Notes: a model not told the origin generated them from the sequence alone. Shown: positions 1 to 12,435, counted from the stretch's first letter. The stretch is 64,000 bases of DNA from Mobula hypostoma (GCF_963921235.1 NC_086097.1:120964001-121028000), one strand, 5' to 3'. Translations and numbers: made by a program.

Positions 1-46
1 CAAGTATCACAGCTTGTAAACACTTTTGTAGCCGGCTAAGAGTCCT

Positions 47-997
47 TCAATTCTTGTTTGGGGGATTTTTGTCCATTCTTCCTTGCAAAAGGCTTCTAGT
101 TCTGTGAGATTCTTGGGCTGTCTTACATGCACTGCTCTTTTGAGGTCTATCCACAGATTTTCGATGATGTTTAGGTCGGGCGGACTGTGAGGACCATGGC
201 AAAACCTTCAGCTTGTGCCTCTTGAGGTAGTCCATTGTAGATTTTGAGGTGTGTTTAGGATCATTATCCTGTTGTAGAAGCCATCCTCTTTTCATCTTCA
301 GCTTTTTTACAGACGGTGTGATGTTTGCTTCCAGAACTTGTTGGTACTTAATTGAATTCATTCTTCCCTCTACCAGTGAAATGTTCCCTGTGCCACTGGC
401 TGCAACACAAGCCCAAAGCATGATCGATCCACCCCCGTACTCAACAGTTGGAGAGGGGTTCTTTTCCTGAAATTCTGCACCCTTTTTTCTCCAAACATAA
501 CTTTGCTCATTGTGGTCAAAAAGTTCCATTTTAACTTCCTCAGTCCACAGGACTTGTTTCCAAAATGCATCAGGCTTGTTTAGATGTTCCTTTGCAAACT
601 TCTGATGCTGAATTTTGTGGTGAGGATGCAGGAAAGGTTTTCTTCTGATGACTATTCCATGAAAGTCATATTTGTGCAGGTGTCGCTGCACAGTAGAACA
701 GTGCACCACCACTCCAGAGTCTGCTAAATCTTCCTGAAGGTCTTTTGCGGTCAAACGGGGGTTTTGATTTGCCTTTCCAGCAATCGTACGAGCAGTTCTC
801 TCGGAAAGTTTTCTTGGTCTTCCAGACCTCAACTTGACCTCCACCGTTCCTGTTAACTGCCATTTCTTAATTACATTATGAACCGAGGAAATGGCTACCT
901 GAAAACACTTTGCTATCATCTTATAGCCTTCTCCTGCTTTGTGGGCATCAATTATTTTAATTTTCAGAGTGCTAGGCAGCTGCTTAGAGCAGCCCAT
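47..997 (-). pseudogene. Tc1-family DD34E transposase, inactivated
   Basis: ATG at 997 (MGCSKQL). Paired-like HTH, GRPRK linker, WTEE (first catalytic D reads E), GGGSIMLW, QQDNDPKH. Frameshift near 180 in the SPDLN..E motif. Confidence 0.92.
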
Positions 998-1045
998 GGC
1001 TACTGATTGTTGGGACAAGGTTTGAGGAGTCAGGGTATCTATAAA

Positions 1046-2410
1046 CTATGTTCCCTCTAAGCTGTGCGTGTGTGTGGGTGCACACACGTTTTTCAACCAG
1101 CGCACAAAGGAAATTAATGTGCGCACAAAAGTTTAGTTACCTAAAATAATGTAGTAATTAATAATAATACTTATTGAAAACAACCTTTTAGCTAAATGTT
1201 TCTGCTAAATAGTTAGTCGGTTTTTCAAATACCACAATGCACGTCACTAATTTACGTCACCTCACCTTTCCTGTTCCAGTTTGTACAGCTGCATCATGGC
1301 GGCAGCCATCTTTGGCGGACAGTGTTCATATCATAAAGTTTACAAAGATCTGTTTCAAATCCTGTAGATAGCTTACTAAGTTTTTATTGAAAAAAATTGA
1401 TTCACTATGTCGAATTCAAAACAAGCAACAGGCGTGAAACTTTACAGGTTTTAAGTGATGTCTTTGATGAACATCACTTTGAGGTAGCATTACAGGTTTT
1501 AAGTGATGTCTTTGACGAACTGGCTGCACTGTGCAAGATTCTGCAAAACAGTGGCCTGACACCAATTAATTCACTTCATTTTGCATGAGGCAAAATTAAC
1601 GAGAAAAGAAGGCAGTATCTGGGAGACAATGTTTCATGGAGTGACAAAGTTAAAGTTTTGTTAAGCCAACAACGGGAAGAAAACGTCACAGTAGATGCAA
1701 GTTCGCTGTTGACTTTTATAAATAGTCTTTGTGTTCATTTAGAAGACAGGTTTCCTGAAGATGAGGTACAAGAATGGTCACCTTTTGATTTCTCCGCAAT
1801 TGTGGATTGTGACTTCACATTTGGTAATGAACAAGTTAATGCCTTATGTCTAAAATATCATGATTTTCTAGCTCAAGATACTGTAATAGTTAGACAGTTT
1901 AATGATTTCAAATTTTCTATGCAAGATAAAATTAAATCCAAACTGATGGCAAACTTTGCTCAAATGGTGGCATTTGTACTTCAGAATGAACAATTTTGCA
2001 ACCTTGCACAGTTGATGGACATTGGGGGAACCTTTCTTGTGTCTAGTGTGGACTGTGAGTGAGGTTTTAGCCTAATGTTTCAACTCAAAAACAAGCTGTA
2101 AAACCGGTTAGGTGAATGTCATTTGGATATATTAATGAGAATCAAAAGCTATCAGTTGGATGGAAGCTCTATTAGTCTAGATAGAGTTTACAAAGAATGG
2201 GTAATTGCCAAAGCCAGGAGAGAGAAAAAAATAACTGAGTGACTTAAATACGTATGTTATTTTGTTGTTATTCTATGCAGTTTTATGTCAAATATTTTGT
2301 AACTGTGCCATGTGTGCATTCACTGCGCACATACTTTTGTCACAGGAAAAAAATTTGCACAACATAAGATTTTTGCACACATTGACTACTAAAAATTAGA
2401 GGGAACGTTG
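1046..2410 (+). mobile_element. Internally deleted hAT transposon nested in the Tc1 element
   Basis: TIRs CTATGTTCCCTCTAA (1046) and TTAGAGGGAACGTTG (ends 2410). 8-bp TSD TCTATAAA / TTTGTAAA. Remnant C-terminal hAT dimerisation domain (SSVDCE*GFSLM..LKNKL*NRL) around 2040-2140. Confidence 0.88.
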
Positions 2411-2771
2411 TTTGTAAAGCTTTGAAATTTGCACAACCTGGCCTTTCCTAATGATGATTGTGAACAACCCATAGCCCTAACAAGCTAATTAAGGTCTGAG
2501 ACCTTGGTAAAAGTTATCTGAGAGCTCAAATCTCTTGAGGTGCCCAAACTTTTGGATGGTGCTCCTTTCCTTTTTTTTCACTCTAAAATTGTACAAAATA
2601 AAAATAATACACTAATCCTGCTTAAAATGTTGAAAATAATGTTTCATCTTTAACTTTAAGACTTTTGGAGATCAGTTCATCTTCTACTCACTTAACTATT
2701 CACAGTAACAGAAATTTTGACTGGGGTGCCCAAACTTTTGCATGCCACTATACGTACATTAAGAAGTAGTA

Positions 2772-3342
2772 CATTCAGTGGCCTCTTTATTAGGTACACC
2801 TTTCCACCTGTTTGTTAATGCTTCTCTAATCAGCCAATCGTGTGGCAGCAATTCAATGCATATGAACATAGAGACATGGTCAAGAGGTTTAGTCATTGTT
2901 CAGACCAAACATCAGAAAGGGCATAAATGTGACCTAAGTGACTTTGACCGTGGAATGATTGTTGGTGGATGTTGGTGGAATGATTGTTGGGGTGGTTTGA
3001 GTATCTCAGAAACTGCTGATCTCTTGGGATTTTCACACAAAACAGTCTCTAGAGTTTACAAAGAATGGTGTGAAAAGTGAAAAACAAATCCAGTGAGTGG
3101 CAGTTCTTTGGGCAAAAAATACTTTGTTAATGAGTGAGATCAGAGGAAAATGGCCAGCCTGGTTCAACTGACAGGAAGGTAATAACCACATGTTACAATC
3201 ATGATGTGCAGAAGAGCATCTATGAACGCATGACACATTGAACCTTGAAATGGATGGGCTGCAGCAGCAGAAGACCATGAACATACACTCAGTGGCCATT
3301 TTATTAGGTGCAGGAAGTATGTAATAAAGTGGCCACTAAGTG
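2772..3342 (+). mobile_element. Non-autonomous Tc1-derived element (MITE-like)
   Basis: TA-flanked TIRs CATTCAGTGGCCTCTTTATTAG and TAATAAAGTGGCCACTAAGTG. Residual Tc1 HTH coding (DLSDFDRGMIVG...SISETADLLGFSHKTVSRVYKEW). Confidence 0.85.
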
Positions 3343-3464
3343 TATTTATGGATTATATCTTCATACATTGCATTGGTATTCATCATTAAATATTTCTGAA
3401 AGTAGTAGGAAAGCAGTTAGTTGCTAATTAAGTATGCCTTAAATTTTCAATGACACAGCAAGAT

Positions 3465-3975
3465 CAACTTTATTCACATTTCCATTTATTATGAATTTGC
3501 TGTGCTGTGTTGGTTAGAGTGTGACATGTAACAAAAAACAACAATATTCAACAATTGTAAAGAATGAAGAATTAGATTTTTAAAAGCTAGAGGTTAAAGT
3601 ATAGAAATCAATAAAACGTGCATAAGTACTTAAATACCAGCATGTATCTACAATGTATGATTTATAAAGGAGTTTGAAGTGTTTACGGTGCAGTGCAGTA
3701 ATGGGAGCGGTAAAAGAGGGCTGTCGGGGGGGGGTCACTAGAATGGTTGATTGGGCTTGGGGGGAAAAACTTTAAAGATGGTGTGAAGTTTTTTTTTCAA
3801 TATGTCTATAGTACTTTCCAGAAGGAGCTTTTTGCAAAGACGGTTTGCAGGGCGTGTAGTGTCCACGCTGATTTTCCTGTCTGCTTTTTTATCCTGGACA
3901 CATACAACTCCTGCAGTGATGGTAGACTACAGATAATGACTCTCTCTGCTAACCTGACAGTTTGCTGTAGATTGC
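3465..3975 (-). mobile_element. Old interspersed repeat, probably a LINE 3' end; second copy at about 34615-35310
   Basis: TGTTGGT.AGAG...GACAT..AACAAAAAA...CAATT.TAAAGA...TAGAGGTTAAA is shared with the 34.6-35.3 kb copy. Confidence 0.5.
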
Positions 3976-4119
3976 GAGAGCGTGCTGCACCAATGCAGGC
4001 AGAAGGACACTGTTTGGTCTTTTGGGTCTATGTGACCTCCCAGGAGAGTAATTCATTAGTCCCAATGTCATCTCCTTATTTCCCAGTAGTCCTAAAAATT
4101 ATTTTCTCAATCCAGCATA

Positions 4120-4212
4120 TCTCAGGGATACTGAAAGAAACCAGAGCTCACAGAAGAAATCTTGTGACAACAGAAAAAATGTATACTATCTGTACAGGCA
4201 AACCCGAGGTCC
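4120..4212 (-). mobile_element. Degenerate V-SINE-like fragment
   Basis: Decayed match to the V-domain pattern GAAACC.GAGC.C.C.GA.GAAA. Confidence 0.35.
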
Positions 4213-4499
4213 GGCATGCTATGTTGGCACCAGAAGTGTGGAGGCACTAGTGGGCCATCCCCAGCACAATTCTTGGACTGTTTTGGTCGTCGACGCAAAA
4301 TGATACACTTCACATATGCTTCAATGTTTGAACGTACGTGTGACGAAAAAGTAATCTTTATCTTTGAACTCATGCATATCTTTCACTGTGTTGTCACTAG
4401 AAATAAAATAACTTTGGTCTTGATAATGTTAAACCAAAAGTAATTTCAGTCAGAACCATGGTACCAGTTGCCGGCAGCCCCCAGCACAATCTTTGGACT

Positions 4500-4822
4500 G
4501 TGAGAAGTATGTACAGGATCAATGCAAGCAGACTTTTTCTACTGCGATTGGGTGAGACTAGAACTAGAGATCATGGGTCAAGGGTGAAAGGTGGAACGTT
4601 TAAGGGGAACATGAGGTGGAACTTCTTCACTCAGAGAGTTGCCAGTGGAAGTGAAGAATGTGGATTTGATTGCAACATTTAAGGGAAAGGCACATGAATG
4701 GTGGGGGTAATGGAGGGTTGTGGTCCAGGTGCAGGTCAATGGAACTTAGCAGAATAATAGTTTGGCACGGACTAGATGGGCTGAGGGGCCTGTTTCTGTG
4801 TTGTAGTGTTCTATGACTCTAT
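4500..4822 (+). mobile_element. CR1 LINE 3' fragment
   Basis: Encodes TRDHG...FFTQRV. CR1 3' UTR GGGCTGAGGGGCCTGTTTCTGTG...TTCTATGACTCTAT. Confidence 0.75.
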
Positions 4823-5469
4823 CTAAAACTAGAAGTAGGTGAATGGGTGTTGATGTCAGGTAAGATATGGGATACAATGGTGTGGGCAAACTTTGCAGAG
4901 AGTGCAATGTTCAAGTCCATCAGGGGACCACTGGATTGTTTGAGAGAAAAGTGAGTAATCTGATGGGCGTAGATGGAAATGGCCTATCTCTGTGCAGTCC
5001 TGCTCCATGACTCTGACTCTATGACACTATAAAATAAATAACAGTGACTTGCATTTCCTGAGGGGGTTGCATAATTTATGTCTATGCTGTAACTATTCTA
5101 TGATACTTTGAGGCAAGGTTGAGCAGGCTGAAGCTAAACACAGTCAAATTTAAAAGAATGAAATTGCCCTTTTTAGAAATATATATGAGACAACTTGTTG
5201 AGGTAGATACTCTAAGAATATTTTGCCTCATTTGGGAATCAAGGACCAGGACGTAGAGATGCTGTAGTGACTGTGATTCAATTCTGACCTTTGATGCTGT
5301 TGATCAGGAGTTGTCACGTCTCCCTTTAACCATGTGTTTTTCTCTTGGAGATTTGGATTAAGATGGCTGTGGTGTATCACAACAATGACTTCTTGGTAGC
5401 AAGCAAAACAAACATAACTATAAATTACTGAACTAATCAGACATTTCCTCAGATACAATTACTGCAATC

Positions 5470-6175
5470 AATAGCCTGTAACTTTCCTTTCGGAGTTGAG
5501 CTTTAGAACAACCTGTACGACCTAGCAATTTTGTGGAGTGAGCTGAAGTTTCGAAGGCGCAGGACAGTTGCAGCGTGGCACATAAGGGATTGGAGCCCAG
5601 GATCGAGAGCAGGGAAATGAAATGATTCAATATTTGGCCATTGCGGGATGTGATTCAATACAGCAGAACCAAGGCAGAGTCAAGGCAGCATGGCCCAGGT
5701 CTGAGAGTGAGGAATGACCCATGTTTTGGCCAATTTAAGTGCCGGACCAGATTGGAAGGGTCAAATATGGGCCAAATCATGCTGACAGGGACCCAAGGTT
5801 TGGCTGAATTAAGCACCGGGACAGATTGAAACTGCCAAGATGTCGGGACAAGTGGAGAGGGATGGGCTGGTGTTCAGCTTGCTTTTCTGCGAGGTTTACT
5901 CATCTCTACACTGAACTGAGGCTATGACCAGCAACTGAAGGACTCCCAGACCGGCAGCAGTGGTGACTGGCTTTGTGGTTGTGGACTCACTTTCATGAAC
6001 TTCAGTTCTGTTGATATTTGCCTACCTTTATTGTTTGCACAATTTGTTTTTTTTTTCCTGCACATTGGGTGTTTGACAGTTTCCCTTTTTTTTCTAGATT
6101 CTATTGGGTTTCTTTGTGTTGTGGCTCCTTATAAGGAGACAAATCTCAAGGTTGTTTAGAGTACACATACTTTGA

Positions 6176-6180
<5 letters not shown>
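5470..6180 (+). mobile_element. Non-coding, probably non-autonomous retroelement
   Basis: The 3' end (AATCTCAAGGTTGT...ACATACTTTGAT) resembles the LINE-type tails seen in reverse at about 11990 and 27750. No coding signal. Confidence 0.35.

Positions 6181-6206
<26 letters not shown>
6181..6206. repeat. (TA)n microsatellite
   Basis: Perfect TA run. Confidence 0.95.
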
Positions 6207-6211
<5 letters not shown>

Positions 6212-6679
6212 TTCTTTCTCGTTATTTTGAATGAGCAGGTACGTTTTTGTGCCTTGGCCCCAAAGGAATGCTGTCTCATTCAGCTGTATCCATGTATGGT
6301 CTGAATGACAATTAAACTTGATTTAATATGACTTTGAACATTGAACTTTGCTTTCCAAAGATGTGCTGGTTGTTAGGTTAATTAGCTACTGTGATCACTG
6401 TCAATGTCGCTGGGCAACAGGGGAGAAATAACGTGATGTAAAAGGGTAAAAGAGAGAAAAAAGTCCCAGGATACCTGGGAGGTTTGGGATTGAAGGGATT
6501 GCTCTGAGTGCTGGCATAAATCCAATGGGCCAAATGATCTCTGTGAGATAAGGAAATAAATAAATCAAAAAGTAAAAGAAATAAACCAAAAAAAATGTAT
6601 AAGCAAAAAAACAAAATGCTTGAAGTACCTTCAGATAAATGGTGGGCCTATTTATCCAGCGGTGAGAATAAATTCCTTT

Positions 6680-9139
6680 TCTTAAGAACCGAGGGCCAGA
6701 GCACCAAGTCTTCAAATCTCTGCAAGCCCGCTGGAGAAGTCAAAGACCCAGTATCTATGAATCCACCAGCCTGTTGGGAGCTGGAGGCCCAAGAAGACGG
6801 CCTGTACAGGAGTTAGAAGACTGTGTATATGAGTGGTTGGAAGGGAGGAAGGAACGGGGCTTTTTATGCTGTTGTTTCTTTGTCACTTGGTATGTTCTGT
6901 TTTGCTTGATTTTGTGCCCCGCTAAGTTTGGTTATTGGCCCCAGAATGTATGGCTACACTTATGGGCTGCCCCCAGCAATATCCTTATTGTTAACGCAAA
7001 TGACACATTTCATCCCAGTTTGGCAAAAGAATAAATCAAGGAAGGTAGTGCACCCGTGGCTGACAAGAGAAATTAGGGATAGTATCAATTCCAAAGAAGA
7101 AGCATACAAATTAGCCAGAAAAAGTGGCTCACCTGAGGACTGGGAGAAATTCAGAGTTCAGCAGAGGAGGACAAAGGGCTTAATTAGGAAGGGGGAGAAA
7201 GATTATGAGAGAAAACTGGCAGGGAACATAAAAACTGACTGTAAAAGCTTTTATAGATATGTAAAAAGGAAAAGACTGGTGAAGACAAATGTAGGTCACC
7301 TACAGACAGAAACAGGTGAATTGATTATGGGGAGCAAGGACATGGCAGACCAATTGAATAATTACTTTGGTTCTGTCTTCACTAGGGAGGACATAAATAA
7401 TCTTCCAGAAATAGTAGGGGACAGAGGGTCCAGTGAGATGGAGGAACTGAGCGAAATACATGTTAGTAAGGAAGTGGTGTTAGGTAAATTGAAGGGATTA
7501 AAGGCAGATAAATCCCCAGGGCCAGATGGTCTGCATCCCAGAGTGCTTAAGGAAGTAGCCCAAGAAATAGTGGATGCATTAGTGATAATTTTTCAAAACT
7601 GGTTAGATTCTGGACTAGTTCCTGAGGATTGGAGGGTGGCTAATGTAACCCCACTTTTTAAAAAAGGAGGGAGAGAGAAACCGGGGAATTACAGACCGGT
7701 TAGCCTAACGTCGGTGGTGGGGAAACTGCTGGAGTCAGTTATCAAAGATGTGATAACAGCACATTTGGAAAGCGGTGAAATCATCGGACAAAGACAGCAT
7801 GGATTTGTGAAAGGAAAATCATGTCTGACGAATCTCATAGAATTTTTTGAGGATATAACTAGTAGAGTGGATAGGGGAGAACCAGTGGATGTGGTATATT
7901 TGGATTTTCAAAAGGCTTTTGACAAGGTCCCACACAGGAGATTAGTGTGCAAACTTAAAGCACACGGTATTGGGGGTAAGGTATTGATGTGGATAGAGAA
8001 CTGGTTAGCAGACAGGAAGCAAAGAGTGGGAATAAACGGGACCTTTTCAGAATGGCAGGCAGTGACTAGTGGGGTACCGCAAGGCTCAGTGCTGGGACCC
8101 CAGTTGTTTACAATATATATTAATGACTTGGATGAGGGAATTAAATGCAGCATCTCCAAGTTTGCAGATGACACGAAGCTGGGCGGCAGTATTAGCTGTG
8201 AAGAGGATGCTAAGCGGATGCAGAGTGACTTGGATAGGTTGGGTGAGTGGGCAAATTCATGGCAGATGCAATTTAATGTGGATAAATGTGAAGTTATCCA
8301 CTTTGGTGACAAAAATAGGAAAACAGATTATTATCTGAATGGTGGCCGATTAGGAAAAGGGGAGGTGCAACGAGACCTGGGTGTCATTGTACACCAGTCA
8401 TTGAAAGTGGGCATGCAGGTACAGCAGGCGGTGAAAAAGGCGAATGGTATGCTGGCATTTATAGCAAGAGGATTCGAGTGCAGGAGCAAGGAGGTACTAC
8501 TGCAGTTGTACAAGGTCTTGGTGTGACCACACCTGGAGTATTGTGTGCAGTTTTGATCCCCTAATCTGAGGAAAGACATCCTTGCCATAGAGGGAGTACA
8601 AAGAAGGTTCCAGATTGATTCCTGGGATGGCAGGACTTTCATATGAAGAAAGACTGGATGAACTAGGCTTGTACTCGTTGGAATTTAGAAGATTGAGGGG
8701 TGATCTGATTGAAATGTATAAAATCCTAAAGGGATTAGACAGGCTAGATGCAGGAAGATTGTTCCCGATGTTGGGGAAGTCCAGAACGACGGGTCACAGT
8801 TTGAGGATAAGGGCGAAGCCTTTTAGGACTGAGATTAGGAAAAACTTCTTCGCACAGAGAGTGGTGAATCTGTGGAATTCTCTGCCACAGGAAACAGTTG
8901 AGGCCAGTTCATTGGCTATATTTAAGAGGGAGTTAGATATGGCCCTTGTGGCTACGGGGATCAGGGGGTATGGAGGGAAGGCTGGTGCAGGGATCTGAGT
9001 TGGATGATCAGCCATGATCATAATAAATGGCGGTGCAGGCTCGAAGGGCCGAATGGCCTACTCCTGCACCTATTTTCTATGTTTCTATGTTTCACAGTAT
9101 TTTTTGATGCCCGTTATAAATAAATTTGAATCTGAATCT
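6680..9139 (+). mobile_element. Non-autonomous retroelement split by a CR1 insertion
   Basis: GGGCTGCCCCCAGCA...AACGCAAATGACACATTTCA ends at 7012. It resumes at 9091 with TTCACAGTAT...AATAAATTTGAATCTGAATCT. A similar tail occurs at about 4215-4365. Confidence 0.6.
7013..9093 (+). mobile_element. 5'-truncated CR1 LINE (ORF2 reverse transcriptase), young subfamily A
   Basis: ORF 6928-8526 has KSPGPDG, NYRPVSLTS, YLDFQKAFDKV, GVPQGSVLGP and FADD. Stops at about 8524 and 8554, and a 2-bp deletion near 8610. Tail (TTTCTATG)n. Confidence 0.97.
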
Positions 9140-9919
9140 TTAGAACTCTGACCTGACCAAAGCTGTTAGGTATATCCAAAGCTGAGTTGGACAGCATTTT
9201 AATGTACAGAGGAATTGAAGGTTATGGAGTTTATGGAGAAACTGGAGTTGAGACCACTGATTAGGCCAGCCAAGAGGTTATTTATAAGCGGAACATACAG
9301 TCTTGTTTTTATTTCTAATATTCTTCTGTTAATAAGATCAATGATGGATCAAAAGCATCAAATGAATTTGTTTCAATTTTCGTGAAGGAGTTAATTTTTT
9401 TCAGTGTCCAGAAAATAAATGGAATTTGCTTCAATCCAGATGAGTAGTAACAGATAACTGGCACTAGGTGGAGGAGTCAGTAGCATAATCTGGCACAGTG
9501 TACTGGAATAGGGCCAGTTCTGATCCTGATGACAGATACAAGTCTGTTACACATCAGCAGTAACATTGTAAAGTGAGAGTAGAAACCAAAGTAACAGCCT
9601 AACAATTTTATGGCTGACGGAATGAGAAAGAACAAATGATTGGCACTGCCAATCGGAAAAATAAAGTTAGCACAAGGCCCTGAGAAAATCACTGTGTGAG
9701 GCTGCAATATCAGCATGCTCTGTCTGCACGAGAACACATGGATACTTTCTTTTTAATGAGTGTCTGTATTATATCTGCCTAATACAGCATGACTAAAAAC
9801 CAGTCCAGCAGCAACACTGAATATTATTGCTTATTATATAATCAATGTCACTGTGTGTTGGCTGAGATGAAGAGAGAAGTAATTACTTTCCCCTTGTTGG
9901 AGAGTAAACCTCTTCCTAA

Positions 9920-10030
9920 TTCCTTTTTATAAGTCCTGATGAAGGAGTTCAAACCAAAATGTTGACAATTTATTCCCCTTCGTAGATGCCGCTTGATCTA
10001 CCGAGATCCTCCAGCATTTTGGGTGTTGTC
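9920..10030 (+). mobile_element. Degenerate Penelope pseudo-LTR fragment with a decayed hammerhead motif
   Basis: AGTCCTGATGAAGG...CCAAAATGTTGAC...TAGATGCCGC...CCTCCAGCATTTT, homologous to the pLTR at 42205-42320. Confidence 0.7.
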
Positions 10031-10044
10031 CAGCTGGGAGACAC

Positions 10045-10450
10045 CACCTGTGCTGGCAGCTCATTCCCCAATCTCACAACCCTCTGAGTGAAGATGTATC
10101 CCCTCATGTTCCCTTAAACTTTTCGCCTTTCACCCTTAAGGCATGACCTCTGGTTGTAGTTCCACACAACCTCAGTGGCAAAGGCCTGCTTGCATTTACC
10201 GTATCTATATCACTCATAATTTTGCATAGCTCTATCAGATCTCCTCTCAGTCTTTTATGTTCCAAGGGATAAAGTCCTAAGCTATTCAATCTTTCCTTTT
10301 AACTCAGGTCCTCCTCTCCCAGCAACAATCTTGTCAGTTTTCTCTGTACTCTTTCAACCTTATTTATATCTTTCTTGTCAGTAGGAGACCAAAACTGCAC
10401 ACAATATTCCAAATTGGGCCTCACCAATGTTTTATACAACTTCAACAACG
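10045..10450 (-). mobile_element. CR1 3' coding fragment
   Basis: Minus-strand LEYCVQFWSP and LRGDLIE...TRGH motifs. Confidence 0.85.
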
Positions 10451-11114
10451 TTGTCCTCCTAATTCCATTTTCCTCCTGATGGACCCCTTTCCCTGATGTT
10501 TAGCCATTCACGGCCATGTCTTCAATGGCCAAGGTTCTAAGATGTTTCTATCTGCTTACTTCTTAAACCAAGCTTACACCACTTTGTTTTGCTCATTTCA
10601 AATGATAATTGTTCCTGTGAAAAAAACGAAGTAGCTTACTTCATTAAAATTGGCTATGAAAGATGTTATAGGAACTTCTTTTCCATTTGGCCCTCCACAA
10701 GATTTCTACTTGAAACAAAATTTTAAATGCATTCCTATAATAATGCAACAGAATGGCCAAAATATCAACAACTTGCCTGGGGAGTTTGTTGGGCTGGAGA
10801 TTAATTCTTTCTTCAGTGCCAAGCAACGCACATTCTTTCATGATTCTTACAGGTCTTAAGCCTCCGACCTTTCCTGAGTTGTAGTGTCTGAAAAATCTAC
10901 CTTCCTCCCACTCAGTTGTGTCCTTTGAACTTTATTTCCTAGTTTTGCCTCTTCTTTTGAGCTATTTCCTTTTCTCCATTAGGAAAATGACTGTTGGCAT
11001 GAAATGACACCTAAAAATTTGCCTGAAATATATTCTCCAAGGATCTTAAATTTCATATTTATCTCTTATGTTTGGACATCACAACAGCCAAATTCCATTA
11101 GCAAAAGATTAAAA

Positions 11115-11575
11115 CCATAAGACCATAAGGCATAGGAGCAGAATTTGGCCATTTGGCCCATTGAGTCTGCTCCACCATTCCATCATGGCTGATTTATTAT
11201 CGCTTTCAACACATTCTCCTGCATCCTCCTGTAATCTTTCACACCCTTACTAATCAAGAACTTATAAACTTCTGTTTTAAATATTCTTGGCCTTCACAGC
11301 TATTGGTGGCAATGAATTCCACAGATTTACTGGCTCCAGTAAAATAAAGTAAGTTAACCTCTACTCCAAAGGGACATCCTTGTATATTGAGGCTGTGCCC
11401 TCCAGTCCTAGACTCAGGCACTATAGAGAACATCCTTTCTAAGTCCACTCCATCTAGGCCTTACAATATTCAATAGATTTCAATGAGATCCTCCTCATTC
11501 TTCTAAACACCAGTGAGTACAAGCAGAGCCTTAAAACAATCCTTATACCTTCCCTCTCTCATTCCTGGGATCATT
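11115..11575 (-). mobile_element. Degenerate CR1 3' end
   Basis: Reverse-strand tail CCATAAGACCATAAG.CATAGGAGCAGAA; encodes ESRTGGHSL. Confidence 0.8.
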
Positions 11576-11669
11576 AACTGGGAGATCTTCTGGTAGTGGC
11601 AGCATTCGTGAAAAAAGGGATGCAAAATCACATTGGATACAGGGAAGTGCCACAGCTTTTTAACTCAGC

Positions 11670-11890
11670 TGTGTTGCTGGAGTCTCTATTTGACTTCCCT
11701 GTGGAATGCATGGGCTTTCTCTGGGTCCTCCAGTTACCTCCCACAGTCCGAAGATGTACCGTGTAGGTTAATGGTCATTGTAAATAGTCCCTTGGTTAGG
11801 TTAGGGTTAATCAGGTTTGCCATGGGTTGCTGGGGTGATGTGGCTCAAAGGGGCCAGAAGGGCCTACTCCACACTGTGTCACTAAATAGG
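11670..11890 (+). mobile_element. V-domain SINE with CR1-like tail (HE1-like)
   Basis: GGGCTTTCTCTGGGTCCTCCAGTTACCTCCCACAGTCCGAAGATGTAC..GTAGGTTAATGGTCATTGTAAAT, then GGGCCAGAAGGGCCT. Confidence 0.65.
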
Positions 11891-11984
11891 TAATTAAATG
11901 CACACATTTCCAGGTTTTATGTCCAATCAACGTAAGTGTGTCCAGTAAGAATCTGTGTGATGTAGTTGCAACACCAGCAGTTAT

Positions 11985-12435
11985 AAGTCAAAATCAAAGT
12001 ACATTAATGTCACCATATACTGTACTACCTTAAGATTTCCTTTCAAGCATTTTCAGGAAAACAAAGAAATTCACTAGGATTTATGAAAAAAAAAATATAT
12101 ATATATATATAAATGAAGACTGAGAAGCAACCAACGTGCAAAAGAAGTCAAACTGTGCAAATAAAATTAAATAAATAACTCTGAGGACATGAGTTGTGGA
12201 GTCCTTGAAAGTAAGTCCATAGGTTGTGGAATCAGTTCAGAGTTGAGGTGAGGGAAGTTCTACAAGCTGGTTGAGTCCCTAATGTTTGAAGGGTAAGAAC
12301 TGTTCTTGAACCCTGGTGGTGCTGCACCTAATGTTCCTGTACCCCCGATGGTGGTAGCGAGAAGAGAGCACGGCCTGGATGACTGGGGAGTCTGTGGTGA
12401 CGGATGCTGCGACCTTGTGGCTGTGCTCCTTGTAA
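11985..12435 (-). mobile_element. Degenerate Rex1/Babar-type LINE 3' end
   Basis: Homologous to 27745-28340 (GAGTCCTTGAAAGT.AGTCCATAGGTTGTGG; CTGTTCTTGAAC). Confidence 0.6.

Larger units (their letters stand above)
1..2750 (-). mobile_element. Tc1/mariner DNA transposon (IR/DR type), runs off the window start, interrupted by a hAT insertion
   Basis: Transposase ORF on minus strand. Terminal sequence GGGGTGCCCAAACTTTTGCATGCCACTA ends at 2750 and is followed by TA. The motif GGTGCCCAAACTTTTG occurs at both 2539-2554 and 2725-2740 (inner and outer direct repeats). Confidence 0.92.

Noticed and set aside
3747..4250. 167-aa ORF
   Set aside because: It spans unrelated decayed repeats and has no coherent protein motif.
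6928..7012. N-terminus of the 532-aa ORF as a real protein start
   Set aside because: It is read-through from the host repeat into a 5'-truncated CR1 and has no endonuclease domain.
10650..10859. 69-aa ORF in non-repetitive sequence as a possible host exon
   Set aside because: No recognisable homology or convincing splice signals; the length is expected by chance.
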